Shown in pieces: positions 9,541 through 19,729 of a stretch of 64,000 nucleotides of DNA (position 1 is the stretch's first letter; every line of letters begins with the position of its first letter). Where the stretch lies: the NCBI GenBank assembly GCA_025054955.1, contig JANWZE010000031.1, positions 38,567 through 102,566 on the forward strand, read 5' to 3'. The notes under the pieces are model-generated. The model saw nothing but the letters and a program-made list of their open reading frames with translations, did not search any database and was not told the origin of the DNA. The stretch comes from Blastocatellia bacterium (lineage in GTDB: Bacteria; Acidobacteriota; Blastocatellia; HR10; J050). The position numbers and the translations under genes were made by a program.

Positions 9541-10674
9541 ATGAAAGTATTGCAAGTCGGAAAATTCTATCCCCCTCATCCTGGCGGCATGGAAACGGTG
9601 TTGATGAACATCTGTCAGGCGATCAAGGATCATGTTGAGTTACGTGTGCTGGTCGCCAATTCTCAGGCACGAACTGTGCGTGAAATGGTGGATGGTGTAG
9701 ATGTGTTGCGTGCGGCCAGTTGGGGCACGGTGGCGGCGACTTCGGTGTGTCCGACGTTTCTCTACTATTTGAAGACAATCAAAGCGGACATCGTTCATCT
9801 TCATGAACTGAATCCGCTGGCGACGGTGGCGTATCAGGTTGTCAAGCCGTCAGGCAAGCTGATCGTATCGTTTCACAGTGAATGGGTGCGACAAAGAGTA
9901 TTGGGGCGCGTTTACGCTCCATGGCAGCAACGGATGCTGCGGCTGGCTGATCGCATCGTGGTGAGTTCGCCGCCGGCGATTGAACATTGGCCGGCATTAG
10001 CGACTGTGCGTGAGAAGTGCGTTGTCGTGCCATTTGGGATTGATGTGAGCTACTTGCAAGATGCTGGCCGGTCTATGGTGGCGGCGCGAGCGATACGGCG
10101 TCAATATGGCGCCCCGTTGCTGTTATTCGTCGGGCGCGTGGTCTATTACAAAGGGTTGGATGTGTTACTCAAAGCGATGCGCGAAATACCAGCTCGGTTA
10201 CTGATCGTTGGCGATGGTCCGTTGAGGCCACAGTTTGAACAGCTCGTCGAGCGGGATGGGTTGAGAAGCAAAATTGTATGGCTGGGTGAGCGCCCGTTGG
10301 AAGAGTTGGCCGCGTTTTATCATGCCTGCGACATCTTTGTTTTGCCTTCAACACACAAGAGCGAAGCGTTCGGCATGGTGCAGCTTGAAGCGATGGCCTG
10401 TGGCAAGCCGGTGGTCAGCACGAATTTGCAGTCCGGTGTGCCGTGGGTCAATCAGGACGGCGAGACAGGTCTTGTTGTCCCGCCCAATGATGTGGGCGCG
10501 TTGGTTCGAGCGATTCAGACGTTGCTCACGGATCAGGCTCTGCGATTGAGATTGGGTGATGGTGGCCGTCGTCGCGTTGCGCGTGAGTTCACGCGCGAGC
10601 GTATGGGTCAGCGTTTGCTGGCGCTTTACCGGAGCGTGTGCGATGCTCCGCCGGCCCGGATCAACTCAGAGTGA
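9541..10674 (+). CDS. glycosyltransferase, GT4 family
   Basis: MKVLQVGKFYPPHPGGMETV... and ...VLPSTHKSEAFGMVQLEAMACGKPVVSTN.... Confidence 0.8.
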   Translation: MKVLQVGKFYPPHPGGMETVLMNICQAIKDHVELRVLVANSQARTVREMVDGVDVLRAASWGTVAATSVCPTFLYYLKTIKADIVHLHELNPLATVAYQVVKPSGKLIVSFHSEWVRQRVLGRVYAPWQQRMLRLADRIVVSSPPAIEHWPALATVREKCVVVPFGIDVSYLQDAGRSMVAARAIRRQYGAPLLLFVGRVVYYKGLDVLLKAMREIPARLLIVGDGPLRPQFEQLVERDGLRSKIVWLGERPLEELAAFYHACDIFVLPSTHKSEAFGMVQLEAMACGKPVVSTNLQSGVPWVNQDGETGLVVPPNDVGALVRAIQTLLTDQALRLRLGDGGRRRVAREFTRERMGQRLLALYRSVCDAPPARINSE

Positions 10675-10935
10675 TGAACTCGCACGGGCGTGAGTGCGAG
10701 GTGGTTGAGTGCATCTTTTGGGTCGGACAGCAAGGGGACGAGGCATGAGGCCTAGACAAATCCACGAGAGGAATTGTTCATGTTGCCGGTCGCGCCGCCC
10801 AGAAACGATGAGAATGGATCACAGGCGGGACCGTCTGTGCCACATTCTCGGAGGAACGATGTGCTTGCAATGTTTTTTCCCCATAGCCTCACTGCGCGAC
10901 AGGTTTTCTTGGGCAAAAATATTCTTTCCGATGAC

Positions 10936-10995
10936 GTGGATTGCTGTGCCGGTCTGCGAGAGCGAGGATTGCTGCGTCGGTCTGCGACAGCCTGG
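10936..10995. repeat. two tandem ~27-bp direct repeats (ggattgctg(t/c)g(c/t)cggtctgcga(g/c)agc) upstream of the nuo promoter
   Basis: Seen directly. Possible operator or regulator-binding site. Confidence 0.6.
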
Positions 10996-11057
10996 ATTGC
11001 CAACCGGATCAATCATTCTCGTCCTCATCGTGAATTCCTGTGCGACATGCCCTTTTC

Positions 11058-11087
11058 TTGACAATTTCAAAACCTTGGCACTATATT
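11058..11087 (+). promoter_or_regulatory. candidate sigma-70 promoter for the nuo operon (TTGACA-18-TATATT)
   Basis: ttgaca at 11058-63 and tatatt at 11082-87, about 48 nt upstream of the nuoA ATG. Confidence 0.4.
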
Positions 11088-11135
11088 CCCGCTTCAAATA
11101 GAGACGGCGAGTCATTCAGTGTTATGTGAACGATC

Positions 11136-11516
11136 ATGTCGGAAACCGCACAGTACATTCCGGTCTTGATCCTGCTGATTTTCACGTTGCTCATTGGCGG
11201 TGTGATGTTGTTGTTGCCTAGGTTGATTGCCCGTCGTCGCCCGACGCCGGAAAAGAATATGGCGTATGAGTGTGGCAAAGACCCCATTGGCTCGCCGCGC
11301 GAACGTTTTAGTATTGCGTTTTATCTGGTTGCCATGATTTTCATCTTGTTTGATATTGAGGCAATTTTCCTCATTCCGTGGGCAGTGGTGTTTCATGATC
11401 TGGCTGCGGAGTTTTCCAAGGCATTCGTTTTCGTTGAGATGATGATTTTCATTGCCATCTTATTGGTTGGTTACGTCTACGTGTGGAAGAAAGGCACGTT
11501 TGATTGGAATCGGTGA
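11136..11516 (+). CDS. nuoA: NADH-quinone oxidoreductase subunit A
   Basis: Small 3-TM protein. Conserved ...YECGKDPIGSPRERFSIAFYLVAMIFILFDIE.... Confidence 0.9.
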   Translation: MSETAQYIPVLILLIFTLLIGGVMLLLPRLIARRRPTPEKNMAYECGKDPIGSPRERFSIAFYLVAMIFILFDIEAIFLIPWAVVFHDLAAEFSKAFVFVEMMIFIAILLVGYVYVWKKGTFDWNR

Positions 11517-11600
11517 TCGTTATGATGGATGACAGGCGCATGGCCATCCATGTTTCATCGTAAACCTCCAACGTTTGATTGGAATTGGTGATCGTTATGA
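11497..11600. repeat. duplication of the 29-bp 3' end of nuoA (cgtttgattggaat(c/t)ggtgatcgttatga), repeated 75 bp downstream and overlapping the nuoB start
   Basis: Copies at 11497-11525 and 11572-11600. Confidence 0.85.
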
Positions 11601-12172
11601 ATGAGAACTGGCTCGACGCACAACGACGCGAGGCGCAAGCCAAGAGCGGTTTATCGGGCGTGTTGACGGCCAAATTCGACGAGTTGATTGGCTGGGCGCG
11701 CAAATCGAGCATGTGGCCGATGCAATTTGGATTGGCTTGTTGCGCCATCGAGATGATGGGGATGATCTCGGCGCGCAATGACATTTCACGGTTCGGCGCT
11801 GAGGTGTTTCGCGGTTCGCCGCGCCAATCCGACGTGATGATCGTGGCCGGGCGCGTCTCGCAGAAGATGGCGCCGGTGGTCAAACGACTCTATGAGCAGA
11901 TGGCTGAACCGCGATGGGTCATTTCGATGGGTGTGTGTGCCTCGACGGGTGGCATGTTTGATAATTACGCGCTGGTGCAGGGCGTGGATAAGATCATTCC
12001 TGTGGACATTTATGTACCGGGCTGCCCGCCCCGGCCGGAGATGTTGTTGTATGCCATGATGAAGCTACAAGAAAAAATTGAGCGGCAGCGACTGCACGAA
12101 CAGATGGCGGAGAAACCCAAACGGGTGCTACCCAAGGAGCCAATCTTCCCAGATAAAGCCTATATGAAATAG
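11597..12172 (+). CDS. nuoB: NADH-quinone oxidoreductase subunit B
   Basis: ...CCAIEMM...[10 protein letters not shown]...PGCPP... motifs carrying the N2 Fe-S cluster ligands. Start set at MNENWLD. Confidence 0.9.
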   Translation: MNENWLDAQRREAQAKSGLSGVLTAKFDELIGWARKSSMWPMQFGLACCAIEMMGMISARNDISRFGAEVFRGSPRQSDVMIVAGRVSQKMAPVVKRLYEQMAEPRWVISMGVCASTGGMFDNYALVQGVDKIIPVDIYVPGCPPRPEMLLYAMMKLQEKIERQRLHEQMAEKPKRVLPKEPIFPDKAYMK

Positions 12173-12233
12173 ATGAAGGCCCGAGCCGTGGTTGTGTTTC
12201 AGCAGATGTCGCGCGGCATTCATCATTCGGGTT

Positions 12234-12698
12234 ATGAACAATCAGGCACAGTTGAGTATACTGCAAGCCCGATTCGCAACAGAGATTGTCGAATCAAAGG
12301 AGCAGTGGAACGAATTGACGGTGGTCGTCAAACCGGACGCCATTGTGCGCGTGAGCCAGTTTTTGCGCGACGAGCCGGCGCTCGCTTACGATTTTCTCGC
12401 TACGGTTACCGGCGTGGACCTCGGCGTGGATGCCGATCCTCGGTTTGAAGTCGTCTATCACCTCTACTCCTACACGCACCGCCACCGCTTGCGCGTCAAA
12501 GTGCGAGTCAATGAAGATGAATCGGTGCCGACAGTGACGTCGGTGTGGAAATCAGCCGATTGGTATGAACGCGAGGTCTATGATCTATTCGGTATCCGCT
12601 TTGACGGACATCCGAATTTGAAACGCATCATGATGCCGGATGATTACGAAGGGCATCCGCTGCGCAAAGATTTCCCACTGCGCGGCTACACGAGGTAA
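12234..12698 (+). CDS. nuoC: NADH-quinone oxidoreductase subunit C
   Basis: ...YERE(V)YDLFGI.FDGHP.L.RI... motif. Start set at MNNQAQL. Confidence 0.85.
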   Translation: MNNQAQLSILQARFATEIVESKEQWNELTVVVKPDAIVRVSQFLRDEPALAYDFLATVTGVDLGVDADPRFEVVYHLYSYTHRHRLRVKVRVNEDESVPTVTSVWKSADWYEREVYDLFGIRFDGHPNLKRIMMPDDYEGHPLRKDFPLRGYTR

Positions 12699-12701
12699 GT
12701 C

Positions 12702-13907
12702 ATGACGGAAGCGTTGCTCGAGGTGAAAGCCAGTCCACTGGACTCTGAAATGGTGATCAACATGGGGCCGCAGCACCCCTCGACGCACGGCGTGCTGCGC
12801 GTGATCCTGACGCTGGATGGCGAGCGCGTGGTCAAAGCGGATCAGGAAATCGGCTACCTGCACACCGGCATGGAGAAGCTGGCCGAGTACAAAAAATACA
12901 ATCACGTGATCACCATCACCGACCGGATGGATTACCTGAACTCAACAGGCAACAATTTGGGCTTCGTGCTGGCGGTGGAGAAAATGTTGGAGCTAGAGAT
13001 TCCGCCGCGCGCGCAAGCCGTTCGCGTCATCATGACAGAATTGCAACGTCTGGCCAGCCACGCCATCTGGATCGCCACACACGGGCTCGAGCTGGGCGCG
13101 ATGAGTTTCTTCTTTTACGGCTTCCGCGTTCGCGAGATGGTGTTGCAACTGATTGAAGCGGCCTGTGGCGGCCGCATGATGCCGAGTTACTTCCGCGTGG
13201 GCGGTCTGGCGCGAGACATTCCTGACGGCTGGACGCAACGGGTGCTTGATCTGTGTGACACGTTCGAGCGGGAGACAGTGCCGGAAATTCACACGTTGTT
13301 GACGACCAATCCGATCTTTCGCGCGCGCACCGAAGGTCTGGGCTACATCAGCGCAGAGGAAGCAATCAATTGGGGCATCAGCGGGCCGGCACTGCGCGGC
13401 AGCGGTCTGGCTCACGATTTGCGCCGGGCCAGCCCCTACTCCGGCTATGAGAACTACGATTTTGATATTCCCACTCGCCGTGAAGGGGACGTCTATGCCC
13501 GCTACCTGGTGCGCGTGGATGAAATGAAGGAATCGGTCAAGATCATTCGTCAAGCCGTGCAAAAGTTGCCGTCCGGTCCCGTCAAAGCCAATGCGCCGCG
13601 CATTGTGTTGCCCGATCGTCACCTGATGAAGACGCAGATGGATGCACTCATCTATCACTTTCTCATCACCTGCGACGGATTTCCGGTGCCGGCAGGCGAA
13701 GTCTACATGCCGGTCGAGAGTCCGCGCGGCGAGCTTGGATTTTACATCGTCAGCGACGGTGGCCCAAAACCCTATCGCATGCACGTGCGCACGCCGTCGT
13801 TCGGCAACTTGCAGGCGCTGCCACGCTTGATCGAAGGCCACCTGGTGGCTGACGTCGTCGCCATTATTGCCAGTATTGATATTGTGCTGGGAGATGTGGA
13901 TCGCTGA
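12702..13907 (+). CDS. nuoD: NADH-quinone oxidoreductase subunit D
   Basis: 401 aa. ...MVINMGPQHPSTHGVLRV... and a C-terminal ...RTPSFGNLQALP... typical of the 49-kDa subunit. Confidence 0.95.
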   Translation: MTEALLEVKASPLDSEMVINMGPQHPSTHGVLRVILTLDGERVVKADQEIGYLHTGMEKLAEYKKYNHVITITDRMDYLNSTGNNLGFVLAVEKMLELEIPPRAQAVRVIMTELQRLASHAIWIATHGLELGAMSFFFYGFRVREMVLQLIEAACGGRMMPSYFRVGGLARDIPDGWTQRVLDLCDTFERETVPEIHTLLTTNPIFRARTEGLGYISAEEAINWGISGPALRGSGLAHDLRRASPYSGYENYDFDIPTRREGDVYARYLVRVDEMKESVKIIRQAVQKLPSGPVKANAPRIVLPDRHLMKTQMDALIYHFLITCDGFPVPAGEVYMPVESPRGELGFYIVSDGGPKPYRMHVRTPSFGNLQALPRLIEGHLVADVVAIIASIDIVLGDVDR

Positions 13908-13917
13908 GGAGCCAAGC

Positions 13918-14382
13918 ATGTTTTCGCAACAAGCAGAAAAGAGAATTGATGAATTGTTAGCCAAGTACCCGCAGAAGCGCTCGGCCTTGCTGCCGATTCT
14001 CTATGTCGCTCAAGCTGAGAACGGCTATTTGAGCGATGACGTGATGGAGTACGTCGCCCAACGTATGGGATTGACCTATCTGGACGTGCTCTCCACAGCC
14101 AGCTTCTATACGATGTTTTATCGCCGGCCGGTGGGCAAATACGTGGTTCAATTGTGCACCAATGTTTCTTGCTGGTTGATGGGTTCGGACCACATTGAGA
14201 AGTGCATCGAGCGCAAACTCGGTATTCGTTTGGGCGAAACGACGCCCGATGGCAAATTCACGTTCGTCGAAGTTGAATGCATAGGCGCGTGCGGTGGGGC
14301 GCCGGCCATGCAAGTCAATTTTGACTATCACGAGAATCTGACACCCGACAAGGTGGATCAGATTTTGGACGCGCTGCCCTAG
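13918..14382 (+). CDS. nuoE: NADH-quinone oxidoreductase subunit E (24-kDa, 2Fe-2S)
   Basis: Four Cys (C..C...C..C). RBS GAGGAG 7 nt upstream of the ATG at 13918. Confidence 0.9.
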   Translation: MFSQQAEKRIDELLAKYPQKRSALLPILYVAQAENGYLSDDVMEYVAQRMGLTYLDVLSTASFYTMFYRRPVGKYVVQLCTNVSCWLMGSDHIEKCIERKLGIRLGETTPDGKFTFVEVECIGACGGAPAMQVNFDYHENLTPDKVDQILDALP

Positions 14383-14473
14383 CAGCGCGTCTGTCGCCGC
14401 GACATCGCCGATAGACGCAACGGCGAAAGCGTGGCGTCAGTTCGTGTGATGTGGCGGTTGGATGTGTTTGGTT

Positions 14474-15736
14474 ATGGAAAAAGTGCTCAGTGCCAGATTC
14501 GATATTCCCAATTCACACACGCTGGATGTCTACCTGCAGCACGGTGGATATAGGGCGCTCCAGAAAGCGCTCACCGAGATGACGCCGGAGCAAATCACCG
14601 AGGAGGTCAAGAAATCGGCATTGCGCGGGCGCGGCGGCGCTGGCTTTTCGACCGGCTTGAAGTGGAGCTTTGTGCCGAAGGATAGCCCGAAGCCAATCTA
14701 TCTGGTCGTCAACGCCGACGAAAGTGAACCGGGAACGTTCAAGGACCGGCCGATCATGGAGAAAGACCCACACGCGCTGCTGGAAGGCATGATGATTGCC
14801 GCCTATGCCATCAGCTCGCATCTGGCGTTCATCTACATTCGCGGGGAGTACTGGTATTTGAAGGAGCGGCTCGAGCAGGCCATCGAGGAGGCGCGCGCCC
14901 GTGGATACGTTGGCAAGAACATCCTGGGCACCGGCTTCGATTGCGACGTGATCGTTCATCCGGGCGCCGGCGCGTACATCTGTGGCGAAGAGACGGCGTT
15001 GCTGGAATCATTGGAAGGCAAGCGCGGTTATCCGCGCATCAAGCCGCCGTTTCCCGCGCTGGTCGGTTTATACGGCTGTCCGACAGTCGTCAACAATGTC
15101 GAGACGATTGCTTCGGTTCCGCCGATTATCGTCAACGGCGGCGATTGGTTCCGACGCTTAGGCACCGAGAAAAGCGGTGGCACACGCTTGTTCGCGGTCA
15201 GTGGACACGTCGAGCGACCCGGCGTCTATGAGCGCCCGCTTGGCTATCCGCTCAAGCAATTGATCGAAGATTGTGGCGGCGTGCGCGGCGGCAGAAAACT
15301 GAAAGCTGTTATTCCCGGCGGCACATCAGCGCCGATTCTCACAGCCGAGGAGGCCGAAACCATCACGCTGGACTTTGAGGCCCTGGCCGCGATCGGTTCC
15401 ATGCTCGGCAGCGGCGGCGTGATCGTCATGGATGAGACGACCGACATCGTGCAAGCCACCTATCGTTCCATCAAATTTTACGAACATGAATCCTGTGGCT
15501 GGTGTGTGCCCTGCCGCGAAGGCACGAATTGGTTGGTAAAAATTTTCCGACGCTTGCTGCGCGGCGGCGGCACCGAGCGGGACATTGACATGTTGATCGA
15601 GCTTTCCGACAACATGTTTGGTCGCACACATTGTCCGCTGGGCGATGCCGCTGCATGGGCGGTAGCGCCGGCGGTCAAGAAATTCCGCGCCGAGTTTGAG
15701 CGCTACGTTCAACGGCGAGTCAGCGTCGCCGTATGA
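14474..15736 (+). CDS. nuoF: NADH-quinone oxidoreductase subunit F (51-kDa, FMN/NADH-binding, 4Fe-4S)
   Basis: GRGGAGFSTG FMN motif and CGWCVPCREGT cluster motif. Confidence 0.95.
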   Translation: MEKVLSARFDIPNSHTLDVYLQHGGYRALQKALTEMTPEQITEEVKKSALRGRGGAGFSTGLKWSFVPKDSPKPIYLVVNADESEPGTFKDRPIMEKDPHALLEGMMIAAYAISSHLAFIYIRGEYWYLKERLEQAIEEARARGYVGKNILGTGFDCDVIVHPGAGAYICGEETALLESLEGKRGYPRIKPPFPALVGLYGCPTVVNNVETIASVPPIIVNGGDWFRRLGTEKSGGTRLFAVSGHVERPGVYERPLGYPLKQLIEDCGGVRGGRKLKAVIPGGTSAPILTAEEAETITLDFEALAAIGSMLGSGGVIVMDETTDIVQATYRSIKFYEHESCGWCVPCREGTNWLVKIFRRLLRGGGTERDIDMLIELSDNMFGRTHCPLGDAAAWAVAPAVKKFRAEFERYVQRRVSVAV

Positions 15737-15749
15737 GGAATCAGGGGTC

Positions 15750-17939
15750 ATGACAGAGTTGGTGAAAGTGACCATTGATGGTCGAGAGTTCACAGCGCCC
15801 AAGGGAGAGTACCTGTTAGAAGTTTGCGAAACGAACGGCATTTATGTGCCGAACTTCTGCTATTATCACAAACTGCAACCGCAGGCCGCTTGCCGCATGT
15901 GTTTGGTGCGGATTGAGCGCATGCCGAAACTGCAAACAGCCTGCACTGTGCGCGTGCAAGACGGCATGATCGTGACGACACAATCGGATGAAATCAAGCA
16001 AGCGCAGCAAGGCATGGTTGATTTCATCCTGTCAAATCACCCGCTGGATTGCCCCATGTGCGACAAGGGCGGCGAGTGCGAATTGCAGTACATGAGCTTC
16101 ACCTTCGGCAATCTGTTCGCTCGCATGATGGAGACAAAGAACCATCAGGACGAGCGAGCGCTCAGCCCGTTCATTTATCTGGACCCGCAGCGGTGCATTC
16201 TCTGTTATCGTTGCATTCGCACCTGCGATGAGTGGGTTGGCGACCATGCGCTCGGCGTGCTGGGACGCGGCGCGCGTTCGGTCATCATCGGCAATAAGCG
16301 AGATGGGACGCTCGAATGCGAGCAGTGCGGCAATTGCGTTGAGGTCTGTCCGGTCGGGGCATTGACCAGCGCCAATTTCCGCTTCAAAGCGCGTCCATGG
16401 GATATTGAGGACACGATCACGACCTGCACCTACTGCGCTGACGGCTGCCAGTTGAAATTGAGCGTGCGTGAAGGCAAAATCGTACGCGCTTGGGCCAAAG
16501 ACATGACCGGCATCAATCACGAATTCCTGTGTATCAAGGGACGCTACGGAAATGAATTTGCTAATAGCCCGGACCGTATTCGCACGCCGCTGATTCGTCG
16601 CAACGGCCAGTTGGAACCGGCCGGCTGGGACGAAGCTATCGCGCTCGTTGCTGCCCGATTGAAAGAAATCAAAACCAAGTACGGCGCGGATAGTATTGCC
16701 TGCATCGGCTCGCCACGATTGACTAATGAAGTGCTCTACGTGTTCAACAAGTTTGCGCGTGAGGTGATTGGCGCTTCCCGTGTCAGCTTGGTGGCCGACG
16801 ACTGGCGCCCGTTCTTCAAGCATCTGAGCTCACCATTGGCAACGCAGGAAGAGATTCGCACAGGGCGAAAAACCCTGCTGCTCATTGGCGGTAATCCACC
16901 CGAATACAACCCGCTGACTGCCTACAGCCTGCGGTTTGCCGTCAGAGAGAATGGGTCACGACTGATCTATGCCAACGCGCGACCGCTGCGGCGCATGCAA
17001 CACGCGGCAGAGTTCTTGCATATCCGGTCTGGCTCAGAACCGGCGCTCATCTTGGCGCTGCTTGATGAGACGCAGTTGGAAACGGCCGCAGCCTGCACCA
17101 ATCTCAGCATCGAGCAGCTACGCGGCCTGCGCCATACGCTCGAACAAAGCCAGGATGTCGTGTTCCTAATCGGACCGGAGGTTCGCGGCGCGGCGATGGA
17201 AGCAGCAGCGATGCTTGGCCAACGATGGTCAACGGATGGCCGTCAGGTACGTTTGCTGCCGCTCTTGCGATTTAACAATTCGCTCGGCGCACTCGATATG
17301 GGACTCACCGACGACTTGCCAGCGCCGGAAGATGTCGGGCCAAGCATCAAGGCGCTCTATCTGGTCGGCGCGGAGCTGATCCGCTATGGCGGCGCTCAGT
17401 GGTGCGATGCGTTGGAACGAGCCGAATTTGTCGTCATGCACCAGTTATTCATGACGCCATCATGCGAACGCGCCGATGTGGTGCTGCCGGCGATGAGCTT
17501 CGCCGAAATTGACGGCACGTTTACCAACGACGGCGGTCAGGTGCAACGCGTGCGTCGCGCGCTGGATGCGCCCGGCGAACGTCGGCCCGATTGGATGATT
17601 ATTCGTCTGGTCGCCAAATGCATGGGTCAGGATATGGATTTGAAGAGTTCGGCCCCAGCGCTGTTCAAAGACATGGCCGAACAGATTCCGGGCTATGAAG
17701 GCATCACCTACGCGTTGCTTGGTCAACAGGGAGCTGTGCAAACGCAACGACCAATGGCTCACGGCATCAATATTGAAAAGATTATGAGCCGACTCAAAGC
17801 GCAAGTCGAGGCAGTGGATCGGACCCGCGCAATGATCAACGAGCCGCCGCCGCTTGGCGAAGGATTATTCGAGCGCGGTTCGCTGGTGGAACACGTGCCG
17901 TTGCTGGCCAAGGTGTTTGGGTGGAATGGGCAGGAGTAG
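15750..17939 (+). CDS. nuoG: NADH-quinone oxidoreductase subunit G (75-kDa)
   Basis: N-terminal 2Fe-2S and 4Fe-4S Cys clusters (CYYH..C..C; HPLDCPMCDKGGECELQ) plus a molybdopterin-like domain. Start set at MTELVKV, which overlaps the nuoF end. Confidence 0.9.
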   Translation: MTELVKVTIDGREFTAPKGEYLLEVCETNGIYVPNFCYYHKLQPQAACRMCLVRIERMPKLQTACTVRVQDGMIVTTQSDEIKQAQQGMVDFILSNHPLDCPMCDKGGECELQYMSFTFGNLFARMMETKNHQDERALSPFIYLDPQRCILCYRCIRTCDEWVGDHALGVLGRGARSVIIGNKRDGTLECEQCGNCVEVCPVGALTSANFRFKARPWDIEDTITTCTYCADGCQLKLSVREGKIVRAWAKDMTGINHEFLCIKGRYGNEFANSPDRIRTPLIRRNGQLEPAGWDEAIALVAARLKEIKTKYGADSIACIGSPRLTNEVLYVFNKFAREVIGASRVSLVADDWRPFFKHLSSPLATQEEIRTGRKTLLLIGGNPPEYNPLTAYSLRFAVRENGSRLIYANARPLRRMQHAAEFLHIRSGSEPALILALLDETQLETAAACTNLSIEQLRGLRHTLEQSQDVVFLIGPEVRGAAMEAAAMLGQRWSTDGRQVRLLPLLRFNNSLGALDMGLTDDLPAPEDVGPSIKALYLVGAELIRYGGAQWCDALERAEFVVMHQLFMTPSCERADVVLPAMSFAEIDGTFTNDGGQVQRVRRALDAPGERRPDWMIIRLVAKCMGQDMDLKSSAPALFKDMAEQIPGYEGITYALLGQQGAVQTQRPMAHGINIEKIMSRLKAQVEAVDRTRAMINEPPPLGEGLFERGSLVEHVPLLAKVFGWNGQE

Positions 17940-18065
17940 TGGACTGTGGAGAGCGGACGGTGGACAGCACGCGTCACCTCTCCACTGGTCACTGAATGGG
18001 AGAGTGGACGGTGGACAGCGCTCATCAACTGTCCACTGACCACTGAATTCGTGGTGGGAAAGAAC
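17940..18065. repeat. 'GTGGACAG'-type short-period repeat block with an imperfect palindrome, directly after the nuoG stop (family B)
   Basis: gtggactgtggagagcggacggtggacagc...cagcgctcatcaactgtccactgaccactgaa. The tail is shared with the 23838-23880 block. Confidence 0.8.
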
Positions 18066-18069
18066 ATCA

Positions 18070-19083
18070 ATGAACATAGCCATTGAAGCAACGCTCAAGA
18101 TCGTCGTGGCGCTCTTTGTGATCATGACGACGTTAGCCTACCTGGTGCTGATTGAGCGGAAGGTGTTGGCCTGGATTCAGTATCGCGTGGGACCGAATCG
18201 CGTTGGGCCGTGGGGATTGTTACAACCGCTGGCCGATTTGCTCAAGTTTCTGGCCAAAGAAGACGTCACGCCGGATACGCCCAACAAAATTCTATTCACG
18301 CTCGCGCCATTGCTGTCGTTTGTGCCGGCGATGATGACGCTCGCCGTTATTCCGTTTGGCGGCTCGATGACGCTCTTTGGGCAGGAAATCGGATTGTACA
18401 TTACCACACTCAATGTCGGCGTGTTATACATCTTGGCGTTGGGCAGCTTGGAAGTCTATGGCGTGGTGCTGGCCGGATGGGCATCCAACAGCAAATATGC
18501 CCTGCTGGGCGGATTGCGGTCAGCCGCGCAGATGATCAGCTACGAGCTGGCCTTGACGCTGTCTGTCGTCGGTGTGTTGATTCAAGCTGGCACGCTCGAT
18601 CTGCAACAGATTGTGCAACAACAAGCGGGAACCTACCTGGGATTCATTCCCAGATGGTACGTGTTCTGGTATCAGCCGCTCGGTTTTCTGATTTTCTTTA
18701 TCGCAGCAGTGGCCGAGACCAATCGCGTGCCGTTCGATTTGCCCGAAGCGGAAACCGAACTGGTCGCCGGTTATCATACCGAATACAGTTCCATCAAGTT
18801 TGCTATTTTCTTTGTCGCCGAGTATGCCGCGATGTTTGCTGTTTCATCCCTAGCGACGACGCTGTTTCTGGGTGGATGGAACGGGCCAGGCGCTGATCGC
18901 GTGCCGTTGCTCGGTGTTGTCTATTTTGCCCTCAAGGTGGGGGCGTTGTTGTTTGTGTACATCTGGTTGCGGGGTACGCTGCCGCGCTTCCGCTATGACC
19001 AGTTGATGCGATTCGGTTGGAAATTTCTTGTGCCGATGGCAATGCTCAACATCGTCATCTCGGCGGTGCTGGCGTTGTGGTAG
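18070..19083 (+). CDS. nuoH: NADH-quinone oxidoreductase subunit H
   Basis: About 8 TM segments. ...ERKVLAWIQYRVGPNRVGPWGLLQPLAD.... Confidence 0.95.
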   Translation: MNIAIEATLKIVVALFVIMTTLAYLVLIERKVLAWIQYRVGPNRVGPWGLLQPLADLLKFLAKEDVTPDTPNKILFTLAPLLSFVPAMMTLAVIPFGGSMTLFGQEIGLYITTLNVGVLYILALGSLEVYGVVLAGWASNSKYALLGGLRSAAQMISYELALTLSVVGVLIQAGTLDLQQIVQQQAGTYLGFIPRWYVFWYQPLGFLIFFIAAVAETNRVPFDLPEAETELVAGYHTEYSSIKFAIFFVAEYAAMFAVSSLATTLFLGGWNGPGADRVPLLGVVYFALKVGALLFVYIWLRGTLPRFRYDQLMRFGWKFLVPMAMLNIVISAVLALW

Positions 19084-19170
19084 TCGTTGATTGGCAGTGG
19101 CCAGTCGTTGCTCGTTAGCGCCTTTGGCTTGACCAGCATCGGACGACAAGCGGCGGACAGCGGGATTGAT

Positions 19171-19728
19171 ATGGAACAGACGCTTTTCATCGTGTTTGCC
19201 GGGATTGCCGTCGTGGCGGCGCTCAACGTCTTGCTGCGACGTAATCCGCTGCATAGCGCCTTATCATTGCTTGCCGTAATGGCAGCGTTGACAGGATTGT
19301 ACATATTGCTCAATGCTCATTTCATCGCCGTTGTGCAGGTCATCATTTACGCCGGCGCCATGTTGGTCCTCTTCCTGTTCGTCATCATGTTGCTTAATGT
19401 GCGAACGGAAGAGACACGGATAGATCGTTGGCCGGTGATGAAATGGTTGGCAATTCCCTTTGCCATCGGATTAGCCGGACAGATCGTGTATGTCCTGCGG
19501 TTGTTTGAGGCGAATCCAGTGCCGGTCGGCAACGATATTGGATTGACTGAGTCTGTTGGCAAAGCGATATTCACCAGGGGATTATTGCCGTTTGAACTCA
19601 CTTCAATCCTGATCTTGGTTGCGATCATCGGAGCGATGGTGTTGGCGCAAAGGGATCGCGGATCACGGACCACGAATCACGGAGCACGGATCACGGACCA
19701 CGAATCACGGACCACGGAAAGAGGTTGA
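19171..19728 (+). CDS. nuoJ: NADH-quinone oxidoreductase subunit J, with an unusual C-terminal repeat tail
   Basis: NuoJ-like TM core. It follows nuoH directly with no nuoI between them. The C-terminus DRGSRTTNHGARITDHESRTTERG is encoded by a tandem 'cacgga(c/g)cacgaat' repeat. The start may lie upstream (ORF opens at 19087). Confidence 0.8.
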   Translation: MEQTLFIVFAGIAVVAALNVLLRRNPLHSALSLLAVMAALTGLYILLNAHFIAVVQVIIYAGAMLVLFLFVIMLLNVRTEETRIDRWPVMKWLAIPFAIGLAGQIVYVLRLFEANPVPVGNDIGLTESVGKAIFTRGLLPFELTSILILVAIIGAMVLAQRDRGSRTTNHGARITDHESRTTERG

Positions 19729-19729
19729 T

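Noticed and set aside
9448-9633. 61-aa ORF encoding an RSQESEARSQKPEARNQEPEA repeat
   Set aside because: It is the translation of the tandem DNA repeat on the opposite strand and has no independent coding evidence.
11449-11883. 144-aa minus-strand ORF spanning the nuoA/nuoB junction
   Set aside because: It runs antisense to two well-supported nuo genes and to the duplicated nuoA 3' end, and no motif is recognised. It is a typical spurious ORF in GC-rich DNA.
12993-13964. 323-aa minus-strand ORF
   Set aside because: It lies entirely antisense to nuoD, has an Ala/Arg/His-rich composition and no recognisable domain.
16032-16823. 263-aa minus-strand ORF
   Set aside because: It runs antisense to nuoG, whose Fe-S motifs make the + strand reading unambiguous.
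18210-18896. 228-aa alternative-frame ORF inside nuoH
   Set aside because: It is an out-of-frame overlap of a conserved membrane subunit gene with Arg/Cys-rich composition and is spurious.
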